This document shows positions 1 through 12,259 of a stretch of DNA of 32,955 bases, piece after piece; position 1 is the stretch's first letter; each line of letters starts with the position of its first letter. Below the pieces are notes generated by a model. The model did not search any database, was not told the origin of the DNA, and was given only the letters and a program-made list of their open reading frames with translations. Both the position numbers and the translations under genes were made by a program. The stretch comes from Sphaeroforma arctica JP610 (taxonomy: Eukaryota): the NCBI RefSeq assembly GCF_001186125.1, contig NW_014040049.1:1-32955 (forward strand), given 5' to 3'.

Positions 1-1086
1 GCATATACATATACATATATACGTATATATAAACAATTATATTCAAATATCCCTTGACATATATATATTCTTAGCTTTTATACATCTACATCAGACACAC
101 AATTATATATACAGAACATACAAATATTTATATAGATTACATATAGATATTCATAGTTTTCAAATGATTTTGGCGTTGTGTTTCCTAATAAAGAACCTTA
201 CCATGCGTGTGTATAGATGATTTAAGTTGGTGTATGAAATCCCTCTACATACTGTATGGTATGGATAGTACAGGATGAGCAGGGGTGTATAAAAGAAGAC
301 CTGATACATTATCTGTGTGCACACCATTCCAGACTTATGTAGCGCAGAATTTTGACATCCATCATGACCCTCGAGAGAGTGAAGAAAGAAAATATGGCTG
401 AACGGACTAACGTCCGTAGGACCATCCATTTTGTAATACAGCCTTCATATTCCAAATTCCCTACACTTCCTGCCTAAATTTTGTCATCCATATTACAGAC
501 TTCATACATATTCCAAATTTTCCTATCCTAAATTTATAGGTTTAACGCTTTCATGTCCTTCTCGCTTGCGACAGGTTTATCACTGAAAGTGTAAATAATA
601 TTTAAATATAATATGAAGTTCTTCAGAGCTTCATTGTTTGTCGCGCTTCGTGTCCTTATATGGGCTGAAATTTACATATGTAATGGGCAATATTACACTT
701 TTAAATTTACGAATCCAACAGGAACGATTCACGTTTAACCTTCAGGAACTAGCCTTGTGACTTGTGTCGGTTGGCAAAGTACTCCTTTTTGAGTATAGGT
801 AATGGTATTTACTTTTTTTGAAAGTGCCTATTCTATAGAAGGGCAACTGGGTAGGGCTATGTGGTGTTTTAATTATTGTGTAAATACATTTCAAAAGAAC
901 TATTCATAGCCTTCTAAATTCATCTTTTTTTTATAGTCTAAACTCTGCCAAAGTTGGTGAGCCAGTGATACAGATCACTGGACAGCATCACGCGCAGAAC
1001 AAGGCAGAGTGAGAAAAAGATGCCTGAGCCGCCGCCCTGATGGCTGCGCTGAGCGGGCCAGGCCCAAAGTTGCTTGCGACTGTGAG

Positions 1087-1130
1087 TGTGAGAGGCTGGA
1101 GCTATGTGAGAGGCTGGAGCTATGTGAGAG
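1087..1130. repeat. 18-bp tandem repeat, about 2.4 copies
   Basis: TGTGAGAGGCTGGAGCTA x2 followed by TGTGAGAG. Confidence 0.9.
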
Positions 1131-3347
1131 TCGCCTAGTAGTCAGTATGTACATAATGAAGACGCTCAATCGGCTCAGAGCCTCAGGCTCAGACGCGTGA
1201 TTCAGACACTCAGTCGCACACTCACTATATATTCACGGGGTAGACGTGGGTCACTACTGTGCCGTCAAGTTAAAGTGACAAAAGTGCCAACTGTTAAGTG
1301 TATGTCAACTTTGCCGTAAAAAGCCAGCTCTATAGTATAAAGTAGCACAGAATCGAACTAGAAAAACCATCACTATCCCAGCTACGTGTGAGAAGTGGTT
1401 TCCAGAAAACCATTGCACCATTCCACGTGCTTATATAACCATGTCAATTATCAAAACAATCAGTTCAAAAAAATTGCTAAGCGCCACATTTGCCAAAAAA
1501 AAAAAACTATAGTAAAAAGTGTTTTGTTTTTAATTTTTTAACATCGCAGCTTGTCAGCGACTCGCCGACTGGATCATATAATATACTCTTTAGTCGCTTT
1601 ATATTATTATCCCAAACGTATTGATTTATTAATGGCGTACTTGAACAATATTTTCCCTGCTCTTAGAGTAGTATGTAAAGCAAAAAATTTATCACTACTA
1701 TTTTAGTGCTTTGTATTTTTACTTTTTTTTGACCGGTGCGGATTGTCTTCGCTCTGACGCTCTCTCTTCTCTTCTCTCTAAAACTCTTGTTGTGTGCTTG
1801 TGTAGTAAAACTTTTGTTTTAAAAAAAACAAGAGACTTGCGAGTTGGAGTCTCGGAGTACGTCTCTACAGTATACGACTCTACTGAGTCTACGCCTTTAC
1901 GGCTAAGCTCAATGCGTTAAAAGTGTACAACTTTTATTATGCCTCGAATAAACATTAAGGTTGCAACTTTTATATCGCGATAGTACACTTTCATATATGA
2001 TAGGTGCATTTTAGTCGTCACAACTGAAACGCTCAATCTTCTTTGATTGCCTATTATCAATTTCGTAGCCTAAAGTTTTCAAACGATAGGACAGCTTATT
2101 GAGTGCAATTTCAAAAAAAAAGCTTTAGTTGAATTTATAGTCGATTCCATAAACGAAGATTTTTAATGGAAATATATATATATATATATTTTTTTTTCAA
2201 ACTGATAGAATATAAATAGACTATAGAGATTATAAAAGATGCTATTTGTTTTGTTTTGCTTTTGTAAAATATTTTGTTGAAGTTTTGTACAACAAGAAGC
2301 AAGGGCGAGTTCATACGGTTCAAATTTTCTTTCTTCAATTTCAAGATATTCAAGGCCGAAGGAGTAAGTTAGTGCCCTCTTTTTAGATTGTATGACCTTG
2401 GCGGCTGGGCCTAATCTCCATACGTTATGGGGGTACGGAATAAAAATCGAACTTCTTTTTATAGGACTGGTTTGTATGGTGAAATTGGTACACATCTATA
2501 CTATCTATGTCCTGAGTTTTATAACTTTATGTAAAACGATAGCCTTCTAAATTAAAAACAGTAAAACGTAAAAACGTAAAAACTTGAAAGTTGAATGGAA
2601 ACACTAAAAAGTCTTGGAACTTGGAAGCGTCCGAGGGGCGAGGACTCTTTTGCATTTTCGTTTCAAGTTTGATAGCTGTATGTGATTTTATGGGCTAATG
2701 TGCCAAAAAAAATTGTTGAAAGAAAATATCTAGGCATTGCCTAATGCCTCCCCCTGCTATTTAATCTATAAAAAAAGCCTTCTCGAGTCTCGACAACAAA
2801 TATCAAAATTTTCATTGTTTTTTTTGGGTTTGTTTCTATTAAAATTATTTTTTTTACAAAACAACAAACAAAAACAAAAATCAAAAAGGATTCTCGACAT
2901 TGGTGATCGGACTAGTCTTGAGACAGTCTTGGTCACTAAAAAGGAGACACAAAAAAAATCTAAGAAGGCCTATTTGAGACCAGTATAAAAATTTCGAAAA
3001 GGCTATCCACCATTATTGAGAAATATTGTAGAATAAACTCCATAGGTATTTTGTTTTTAGTGACTACCGCCGTGAGCAGTGATTTTGTTGTTCAATTTTC
3101 GAAAGACCACCAGTAAAAATGTACATCACTATATCAACATGGAACCAAAGTGAAAACACGCAACTCTTAGAGTTTAGTTAATACCTTTATGATGGTATGT
3201 ATCGCTTGGCTGCTCAGGTATGCAACTATGCATGATGTTGAACATTCATTTATACCAAGTGACCCTTCTGTGTCGAATCCTCCGGCCATGTCGTTTTTTC
3301 CTTATTATTCATCACTCATGACAGTCCATCTTCGTATCATCTGTGCC

Positions 3348-3353
3348 TATAAA
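3348..3353 (+). promoter_or_regulatory. Candidate TATA box of the multicopper oxidase gene
   Basis: TATAAA about 80 bp upstream of ATG 3430; supported by motif and position only. Confidence 0.35.
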
Positions 3354-3429
3354 TACGAAATGATCACTTCCTTCGGTGCAGATTGGACTATATAGACCAA
3401 CAGTTGTTAAATACACTTACAATTCTCCG

Positions 3430-5043
3430 ATGAACAGATTCACATCGTCTGTCGCAGTCCTGGCACTGGCTTCACCTGTAGTCCTACATGCACAGCCTGC
3501 TGCACATTATGAGCCGCTTCGTCAGCCAACAACCTACACATCCGAAGATGGAAAGCTAGATGTCACCTTAACTGTCACCGCCAGCCGCATCCATGGGCCG
3601 CTCAGAATTGAATACAACACTCGTCTGTATGACGGTGAGTTTCCCGGCCCTACGCTACGGTTCAAGGCTGGAGATGATGTCAACCTTTTGTTGCGGAATG
3701 AACTAGGTTTCAACGATGCTACCGCCGAGGCGATGTCAGGCAACAATGAGCTACACCATCCGAACAGTACGAACATGCATCTGCACGGTATGCACGTTGC
3801 ATCCACTGGAGCTCAGGACAACGTTGCTCTCACCATTGCTCCTGGATTTTCTTTCCAATATGAATACAAAATCAATTCAAAACATCATGCTGGTACCACG
3901 TACTATCATCCCCATTTACACGGGAGTACAAATTTGCAAGTCTTTGGACTCATGGCCGGTGCTTTCATCACAGAAGACAATCCTGATGATACTCCCGAAA
4001 ATTTACTTGCCATGGATGACCTTGTTGTGATGGTTCAAAGTGTATACTTGGCCGATGAACAAGCATTCCTCACTGTGTACGGTCACAATGGTACCAGCAA
4101 TATGCCTGTAGGTCTAAAGAATCCAGAAGGAATTAAGCGCAATATGTTGATGGTAAACGGTCAATACAAGCCTCGTATCGATTTCGCAATTGGCGAGCTG
4201 AAGCGTTTGCGAATTATTAGTGGATTGGCCTCAGAAGCAATGCTATTCGGACTCTCGAAAGATAGTGCCTGCCAACTATACGAAATGGCCTACGATGGTG
4301 TGTACCTACCAGCGCCACGCGAAGCCGGCACCATCTTCCTTCCCTCCGGTGGACGCGTTGATGTTGCTGTACAGTGCTCAAAGTCGGGCAGCTTTGCCCT
4401 CACCACAGTGCCGGACAAACGTTTGGCGGACTACGCCCAAATCTGGGTGCCAGTACCCGGGCCACCGACAGACCCGGAGAATGTGCAGCCCATGCTCATG
4501 ATAGAAGTAAGTAGCGAAGAGATGCCAATGGAACTACCTGATATTCTGCCCGACCTTCCTGAGTATCTACAAAAGGCTAGGGATGAAGATGAAAACCCTG
4601 ACGCGGAATGGGAGACCTCGCTCTCTATTGAACTGTCAGATGCCGATGGCGCTAATGTAATTAATGGACAAGCTTTCGATCCTAAAGGTCCTCTTCTCGA
4701 CTCGATAGAGCTGAATGCGTTCTATCAATGGGATTTATCAGCAGGCGAAGTCTTTCAAGAAGGCGAAGGCTATCCCCAGCATCCGTACCACCAACACATC
4801 AATCACTATTTAATCACAGCCAGCGATCATGTTACTGATGGCCTGTTATTCCGAAAAGGAGACTTCCGCGATACGATCCCGTTGTTTGAATCGACGCCAG
4901 TTGGAGTGCGTTTCTACGCTGCTGACTATACCGGACCAATGATGATGCACTGCCACAATCTGGGACACGAGGATAAGGGAATGATGGCTGTCGTCGGCAT
5001 AGACGAGGCTAGCAACGACCAAGCTAGCGAAGACGAAGATTAG
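3430..5043 (+). CDS. Secreted three-domain multicopper oxidase (laccase-like, CueO/Tth-MCO-like), intronless, 537 aa
   Basis: First ATG of the 3376-5043 ORF is at 3430 and is followed by a hydrophobic signal-peptide-like segment (MNRFTSSVAVLALASPVVLHA). All four copper-binding motifs are present: TNMHLHGMH, YYHPHLHG, HPYHQHIN and HCHNLGHEDKGMM (Met as axial T1 ligand). The FPGPTLR, VNGQYKP and DGVYL segments typical of cupredoxin domains 1-2 are also present. Confidence 0.95.
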   Translation: MNRFTSSVAVLALASPVVLHAQPAAHYEPLRQPTTYTSEDGKLDVTLTVTASRIHGPLRIEYNTRLYDGEFPGPTLRFKAGDDVNLLLRNELGFNDATAEAMSGNNELHHPNSTNMHLHGMHVASTGAQDNVALTIAPGFSFQYEYKINSKHHAGTTYYHPHLHGSTNLQVFGLMAGAFITEDNPDDTPENLLAMDDLVVMVQSVYLADEQAFLTVYGHNGTSNMPVGLKNPEGIKRNMLMVNGQYKPRIDFAIGELKRLRIISGLASEAMLFGLSKDSACQLYEMAYDGVYLPAPREAGTIFLPSGGRVDVAVQCSKSGSFALTTVPDKRLADYAQIWVPVPGPPTDPENVQPMLMIEVSSEEMPMELPDILPDLPEYLQKARDEDENPDAEWETSLSIELSDADGANVINGQAFDPKGPLLDSIELNAFYQWDLSAGEVFQEGEGYPQHPYHQHINHYLITASDHVTDGLLFRKGDFRDTIPLFESTPVGVRFYAADYTGPMMMHCHNLGHEDKGMMAVVGIDEASNDQASEDED

Positions 5044-5072
5044 ACTGACACGTTCACTACAACAAATAGTTC

Positions 5073-5078
5073 AATAAA
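5073..5078 (+). terminator. Candidate polyadenylation signal of the multicopper oxidase gene
   Basis: AATAAA (overlapping AATAAATAAA) 30 bp after the TAG stop, just before a (TA)n tract. Confidence 0.4.
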
Positions 5079-5261
5079 TAAATCTATATATATATATATA
5101 TAGATATATATATAAATGTATCCCCGAGTAAATATACCCTATGGCGTTGACAATGCACACACAACAATATAATCTGGACCCATGATTCTTTCTGGACTAT
5201 CAACAAACAGCGCAGTACAAGGAGTTCTAACTTAGCTCAACTATACAGAACGATGGTGGTG

Positions 5262-5394
5262 TGCAACCTAGGCATCAGTTGTAGAGCTTGTGGTTTAGAT
5301 TCGTGTACTCCAACCCTACAGTCTACGCTATGGTCTGCAACCTATGCATCAGTTGTAGAGCTTGTGGTTTAGATTCATGTACAGTCTACGCTAT
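5262..5394. repeat. Imperfect direct duplication (about 60-70 bp) between two convergent genes
   Basis: TGCAACCTA(G/T)GCATCAGTTGTAGAGCTTGTGGTTTAGATTC(G/A)TGTAC...AGTCTACGCTAT at 5262-5331 and 5336-5394; the second copy lacks an internal segment of about 11 bp. Confidence 0.9.
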
Positions 5395-5510
5395 CCGAAG
5401 AATGTTTACTTCATCAGTCAAGTTACAATCAATCCGGACTGGACTCGGTGCAGACAAATCTGTACTAGATTGTTGATTTTAATGCATTTGGATAAGACTG
5501 ATACAAGCGT

Positions 5511-8500
5511 CTAGCCGATTTTTTCTTTGATGTTTGCGGGGTGTAGAGGGTTATGTGCAGGCTCACTTGTCCCCGTAAACGATGGCAGTCTTTTCTGTAT
5601 GAATAAATAGCCTACTATAACGCCCGTCTCCATGAGCATCCACCTCCCCAGCTGTGAAGTCAAAGGGCCAGTTCATGAGCAAAATAGTTGGGCTAGAGTA
5701 GTGGTTTGCGTGAAAGCATAACAGTGCAAAGCTGCAAGCTACAGTGAAATTAAACCAGGATCAAAGGCTGAAATCCGAAAAAGGAAGGGCCAAGTGAGTA
5801 CACATAGCAATAGCATGGAAGACTCATTTGACTGAAAACCGAATACAGATTTTTGATCGAATGTACAGCCCCTTTGTTCCAAGCGCTGTCACACGTGTGT
5901 ACACACCTACCTGTTTATAGACCAGCGCCGTGTCGAAAATCCCGGAGCCGAACTTAACGATCAACAACACTTCAGTCATCAAGACACCAAATGTTGTCCA
6001 AGCCTGTAAAAAACAAAAGTCCCTATTTAGCCTTATATATCTGGTGCATCAGTATTATAAACTGTATGACTACTAGCACACTATATACCTGCATACTGAT
6101 AGTTTGACACAAATTCTCGACGAAATACAAGTATTCATCCAATGCGGAGTGCACACAATACATAAGTGCACTTCAGCAAAGCCAGTTGATGGAACAAAAA
6201 GTTTTAACCAGCTGATACGTTTTTAACCTTCCAGTGGAGCACCCGTATCTGACTATATAAAGCTATGGAGAAGACCCTAACAATTACTAGATCGGTGAAA
6301 TGAATCACAGCTCAGACTAACACAAGAAAAATCTCTTTGAGCAAATGCTCGATGGTTACATCGAATACCTGAGTCCCCAGTCGCCTACAAGATGGATCTG
6401 TGATGTACACGTATACTTGCCTCAAGGCTGGGGCGCCCATGACAAACCACAAGCCCAGACGGATACTGTTTACAGGGTTTTCCGCCGATACTGTAACAAA
6501 ATAAAGTACATCAATATGTTACTTAAGATGTTGAGTTATTTATATCCTCAAAAGGCTACGAGTAGACCACATTAGTTCACTACCAAAACCTGCTGCCGAC
6601 GCAGCCCGATGTACCTCACAATCCACAGACGTAAAACGGAACAAACCCCTCAAAATATATGAGGGAGGTCGGTTTGGTCTGTCACACAGTCTTGCAAAGC
6701 ATCGCTTACCTTTGAAGATGTGCTTCAGGAAGAAGGCATTAAGTTCGGCTATAGTGATGAGAATAGTCACTGCCATCACAGCACCGTACCTCTTAATAGA
6801 ACTGAACATGCCCCACTCCACCTTAGTCCAAGACCGGGGCGTGAATTGCATCACTGCGCGCTGATACTTTCCCGTTAACGTGTGGTATGAGCTGCAGAGC
6901 AATCGAATATATCGAGCCTGTTAAAAAGTATTGATCGATGTGAAGCCATCGATTAATGGATCCAAAAGGTCAAACACGAGTAATTATGAATCGAACCCAT
7001 TTTCAGGACTTATGCAGCTGGTGCACTCACCGAATGCCGTGCCAATGATATGTCCTCATTTCCAGATACCTACATAGTCGCCATCCGATATACATGCCTG
7101 AGGGATGATTCAGTAATTCATATGAATATGCGACAATGTAGCGTTTGAGTGAGTGAGCCGCATAAAAGCATAGCAGCAATCGATTAGGATTGCAGCTTGC
7201 ATCAACTACGCACAATGCACAACAACTGAGTGTTACTGAAGTATCCCTACCGGTCAGTATCCCATAACACACCCTACTACTGAAAGCAAATTACAATAAC
7301 ATTTGAAATGAACAGTCTCGCATATATGAGATATTGGTGTCACGTTTTAAGATTAAGTTGGATGTCAAGTGCCAACTTTGTAGTTAAGCATCTACTTATA
7401 GCCTGAATCACCATGACCACAAATAGATCAGCAGTGGCGATGCTTACTCATTACTTTGCAGAGTATGCTTAACCTGGTAAGAGATTTTTTCTGTGCACCC
7501 ATTTGCAGCCTGAGGTCAGACACGCACGGATCGAACAGCGAATAAGATGTAAAGCGACTGTACATATCGATAAAAAAGCTTGCAGCACGTACCCAAGGCA
7601 TTGCAGAATATGACATCGTATAGTAGCTGATCCCACCAGCATTCGTACAGATTGGGTATCAGCGGCGCAAATACGATCTCAGTCAGTTCCCACGTCAGAC
7701 TTTGTATCCAACAAACGGTTAGGTTCCGGAAAAGTAAGGCCTGGTGAAAGTATGTGGTGATATGAGGAAGAATGGGTGATAGAAGAGAATTATGTCAATC
7801 TATGCGTCTATCTGTGGCCACCAAGGTGAAAGCTTCGAGTACACGCAACGATAGGCTGGCGCTTCCAGCGTAACTGGAGCGTGCGTAAAAAAATGATTTT
7901 TATTTTGGAACATTTGCAACAGCAGGATACGCTTAGATCGCAAGCACATACACTTACAATTGTACATGAATAAATCCGACCCACTCAACGCTGGAATCGA
8001 CCTTGATGCGCATGAAACATATGCATTGATTTTAGTTCCCTAAATTAAGTATGAAAATACATACCTTGCCAATCCAGCCGACAAAGTGCGCTATGATGAA
8101 CACGTCGAAGCGACTGTACAGATTGGCCATTGTGAATTCGCAATTCGATGCGTAGTCGGCACTGTCCTGATTAACATCAAGATGAAAAGGCGACTGTCAA
8201 TATAGTAATACGTCTGCTGCCTTGTAGAGCGCGCAGATCGTTTTTGCACCAGCACATTGTGTACTTGGCGAGGCTATAGATCTATTCTTGCTCACTATCG
8301 AGTAGATTGAGTGATTCATAGTGTGAGAAAGTAGGTACAGGACGCACGGTGACACTGGCGGTCCAGAGATATTCCAACTTTGGTGCACTTTATGACCCAT
8401 TGTCTGACGAGGAAATGCGGATATACTCCGTTCCAGTGATCTTAATACGCGTTTCGAGTGTCCACACTTACCCGAGCATCCAAGTATTTGCTGTCCATGC

Positions 8501-10139
8501 GTGGATCGTAGGCGATCATGGTACTCTTCACGTCATCGTATGACTGGTGCAGTGCGAAGATAAGGCCACACCAGTATAAGATTGTTAGACCTGCAGAAAG
8601 TGTAAAGGGTCGGTAAACATGTAGCGAGTAGAAATAAGAGATACCTAAAGCTCTGGATGCCACTCGTAGATGAATGACTGAAGTCTACCCTAGTAGCTGG
8701 AAACGGTGACGATTAACAGGTGTGCAATTCAAATCCGAGCAACTATATTTTCAAAGAGAAACTCAATGAAGCATATTTACAACAAGTTTAAGAGCTATAT
8801 GCTTGGCGATAGTAGTCATGTATGAAATTTTAGGCAAGTATTGTAATAAGCCAACAATGGCAATAATCGTTGGATGATGAATGTAGATACGTGCAGATAA
8901 GCGCAAAAGTTCGTAAGACATGCGAAAATGCAACGTCATTCGACGGATATATCTAACGAATCGGTCACATTTTAAAATGTAATGCAACGCAATACAGCAC
9001 ACTCGAACATTAAACAGATTACAAAGCAACGGCCTGGTAAGACTAAGTAAAAGGATTCCCGGCAAATATGTCATGTATATTCCCACATGCCCTTCAAGCC
9101 GAAACAGGTCCATAAAGCAGGATAGAATATGCTGATGCTGATAGCATACACATGTGGTACCACAGGGAAACAAATAGCCGACTCTGGCAAATGTACTTCC
9201 TCCTCATATTCCGTCAGACCATCACAGTACGAAATCTAATGTATACGCTCTAGAGTAGTGTGTCTAGGACAACTGGGCGAATAGCCTACCAAGACATCGT
9301 ACAAAATAGGCGACCCAGAAATACACATCATATACTCCATCTTTGACAAGTTAGCCTTGGCTTGAGCCGAATCCAGCCTACCTTGAACAGCACAAAAGAA
9401 GTCCCGGGAAACCAACGAAAAAAACTAAACTTGCCTGCTACATTGCCTGCTAAACAATCTACGCAAAAAAATATCATATCGGATTCACCTACAACAGCAT
9501 AGGAACTAGCATGATCTGTACTAGAACACGGCTCAAAATACCTAACACAGCCCGCCAGACTGCAGGGTGGGGTCGAGTGAAGGGGCCATTGGGGAGTGCC
9601 ACGGTACTTATCAGCAGAAACGCAAACGAGAATGACCGAACGCCTCTGCAAACAAATAGAAAGTGCGATCCCATCGCAGAGCAGATGTCAGAATCGTTAA
9701 AGCGCAATGCTATGTAACGCTGAAAGCAAGATTCTGATGACAAAATACAGATATGCTAGTTTCTCGATGTCAAATAACAGCAACGTGCAAAGTTTATGGA
9801 AAGCGGCCACTTTGATTGGGAGACTGAATTATGAGTCAAATAATTACGCACTGAAATAACCGCAACTTGTGCACAGTTGTAATACCTGACGACATTATCG
9901 CGGGTGCTGGACTGTTCTGTACTTGAACCATCCGCTTGGTAGAACGCAGAGTATATCAAGAAGAACATGATCAATATCAGAAGTGTTATTGTGTGGGGTT
10001 TGTAGAAGAATTCAAGCGTTATGTCATCCACGTATTGCTCGTTGGACGCATGCTGATATTTATTTGAGCTTGGTGAACTACACCCAGGATTCTGAGAAGA
10101 CTCGTCCTGTGTAGAAACAGATCGGATCGGTGTAAGCAT
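5511..10139 (-). CDS. PTDSS1: Phosphatidylserine synthase, base-exchange type (PSS family, PTDSS1-like), 10 coding exons, 443 aa
   Basis: Manually spliced exons, all GT-AG and phase-consistent: 10139-9886, 9645-9542, 8590-8472, 8166-8065, 7740-7593, 7097-7031, 6891-6710, 6490-6369, 6003-5911, 5651-5511 (1332 nt). Family motifs: [112 protein letters not shown]. The C-terminus KEKIG* fits a KxKxx ER-retrieval signal. PTDSS1 versus PTDSS2 orthology was not tested. Confidence 0.93.
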
Positions 10140-10434
10140 ATCTATATCGCACCTGACACAGGCTGTGGTTTGCAAATCAAAATAAAGTGGTACAAAGGTA
10201 TAGAAAATTTCACAAGTAAAATTTGTGATAAAATCACGGTCATCATATACTATCTATCGTGTCGAGGACCAAAACTTAATACTAATAAACTAAATGTAAT
10301 GCGAAAAACCCACAAGCATGTGAAAATTACACTCAGTCGTGCATGAGAGTAATAACTACACTAACAACCAGACAAAGATGCGATCATGCCTGCCCATCAA
10401 AGTTTCCCTTGTTATTGAATCAATCTGCACATGG

Positions 10435-10506
10435 CATACATACATACTTACATATACATGTAGTATATATGTATGAGTGTGTAAGTATGTATGTATGTAG
10501 GTATGC

Positions 10507-10545
<39 letters not shown>

Positions 10546-10947
10546 ATAAATAAATAAATAATAAATATTTATATTTATATATATTTATGTAAATAGAATA
10601 AACAGATAAATAATATATATTTATATTTATATATATATATATATAATCAATTTGTACATGGCATACATGCATACGTACGTTTACATGTAGCATATATGTC
10701 TGTGTGTGCAAGTATGCATGTATGTAGATATGCATGTATGTATGTCAAAATATTATATGTATGTATGTATGTACGTATGTATGTATGCATAATATGTATG
10801 TATGAATGCATGTATGTATGTATGTATACATGTATGTATGTATGTTGTATACATATAAACATATATATATAGATATATATATATATATATATTCATATAT
10901 ATATATGTATATATATATAGTCATGTATGTATAGAATAAATCAATAA

Positions 10948-10979
<32 letters not shown>

Positions 10980-10982
10980 AAG

Positions 10983-11013
<31 letters not shown>

Positions 11014-11035
11014 GTNNNNNNNNNNNNNNNNNNNN

Positions 11036-11078
<43 letters not shown>
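10435..11078. repeat. Compound (TATG)n/(TA)n/(TG)n microsatellite block containing a 20-N gap (11016-11035)
   Basis: Directly visible simple repeats. Confidence 0.95.
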
Positions 11079-12259
11079 CAGCAGCTTTTTCTGGTTTACT
11101 ATACTCGTAAAAAAATACTGGTCATAAGCTTGAAAATGGACAAACCTGCAGAGATTGTGCTCGCGCAGGCGGTATTGCGGAGGGCGGTGTTTCAGCCATA
11201 GTTTAACGAATTTGGTATATATTAGTTTCCTTTGCTACATAGAAACAAACACACCCTACTCTGAATATCCCGCTTACAATTCTCTCCCTATATATAGTAT
11301 AAAATTAAATACACCGGTGCGACGATTTTTTTTTGAAAAGTCCAAAATTTGAAGTCATATTTGCATGCACTCAATATTGTTTATTTACACTCTGAACCGG
11401 TGACTGGGGAGAGGCCGAGACTCGAGAGGGAGAGGAGAGTGAAGACTTCCTCATCGTAAAGATTTTACTGTGGATGAATCATTTAAAATCGGATGAAGCC
11501 TATAAATAACCCTACTTTTTGCCTACTGGCTAGTGGCGACTGTACGAAGTGTCACATGAAGAGTCAGGAGGGCCGTGAGGGACCGAGAGTGAGAGACTGA
11601 GAGGCCGCCGGCGTAAACGTAAAACATATTTACTACGTTGGCGTTTTCGATATGAAACACGTATTTATTTATGAAGTCTGGAGAGTGGAGAGTGGAGAGG
11701 TGTGAGGCCGTTGACTGTGAGACTTGAGTGCCTGTGGGACATTCACGATTTCACGATGACGTAAAGACAAACAATTTGTTTTTCACACGAAGTAAAAAAA
11801 CAATATATAGATACATTCATGTATGTCTGTACTGTATTTATGTACAGACATCCTATTTTCACATACATATAAGGTTCGAAACGCGCTAAATTTGTACATC
11901 ATTACCTTTTTGGCGGTCTGTCGCGGACTTTTTTTTATAGAAAATACAGTACTAGCAGCTATTTAAAAAAGTCGCATCTATCATCCAGAGACAGCTAAAT
12001 ATTAAATAAATATCGTCAATCGTGTGTTCAACATTAATATGTGAATATGTAGAGTATCCTGTGCATGCTCTTAATAGTATTTATGAATACATAGGCAGGT
12101 TGCACACGTAAGTATGCCTAGCATTCACAACCAAGGTGTCATATATGAGTGCAAGCCAGCTATGATGTCCATCTACCCTTTCCGCGAGAAGCGCTCCCAC
12201 ATGCTTCTAATAGGTTAATTTGAGTAGACTCTCGTGTCTACACACGTTTGTACTTAACC

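Noticed and set aside
962..981. Perfect 8-bp hairpin CCAGTGAT-ACAG-ATCACTGG
   Set aside because: Too short to distinguish from chance, with no functional context.
2781..2985. TCTCGAGTCTCGAC / GTCTTGAGAC motifs suggestive of DNA-transposon subterminal repeats
   Set aside because: No matching terminal inverted repeats or target duplication could be defined.
3376..3429. GTG start extending the oxidase ORF by 18 aa
   Set aside because: The context is eukaryotic, and ATG 3430 directly precedes a good signal peptide.
3534..4501. Alternative-frame and antisense ORFs inside the oxidase gene
   Set aside because: Shadow ORFs of the real coding frame.
10343..10862. ORFs rich in Y/I/H/T/M/C (also 16533-16856 and 32713-32937)
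   Set aside because: They are translations of microsatellites.
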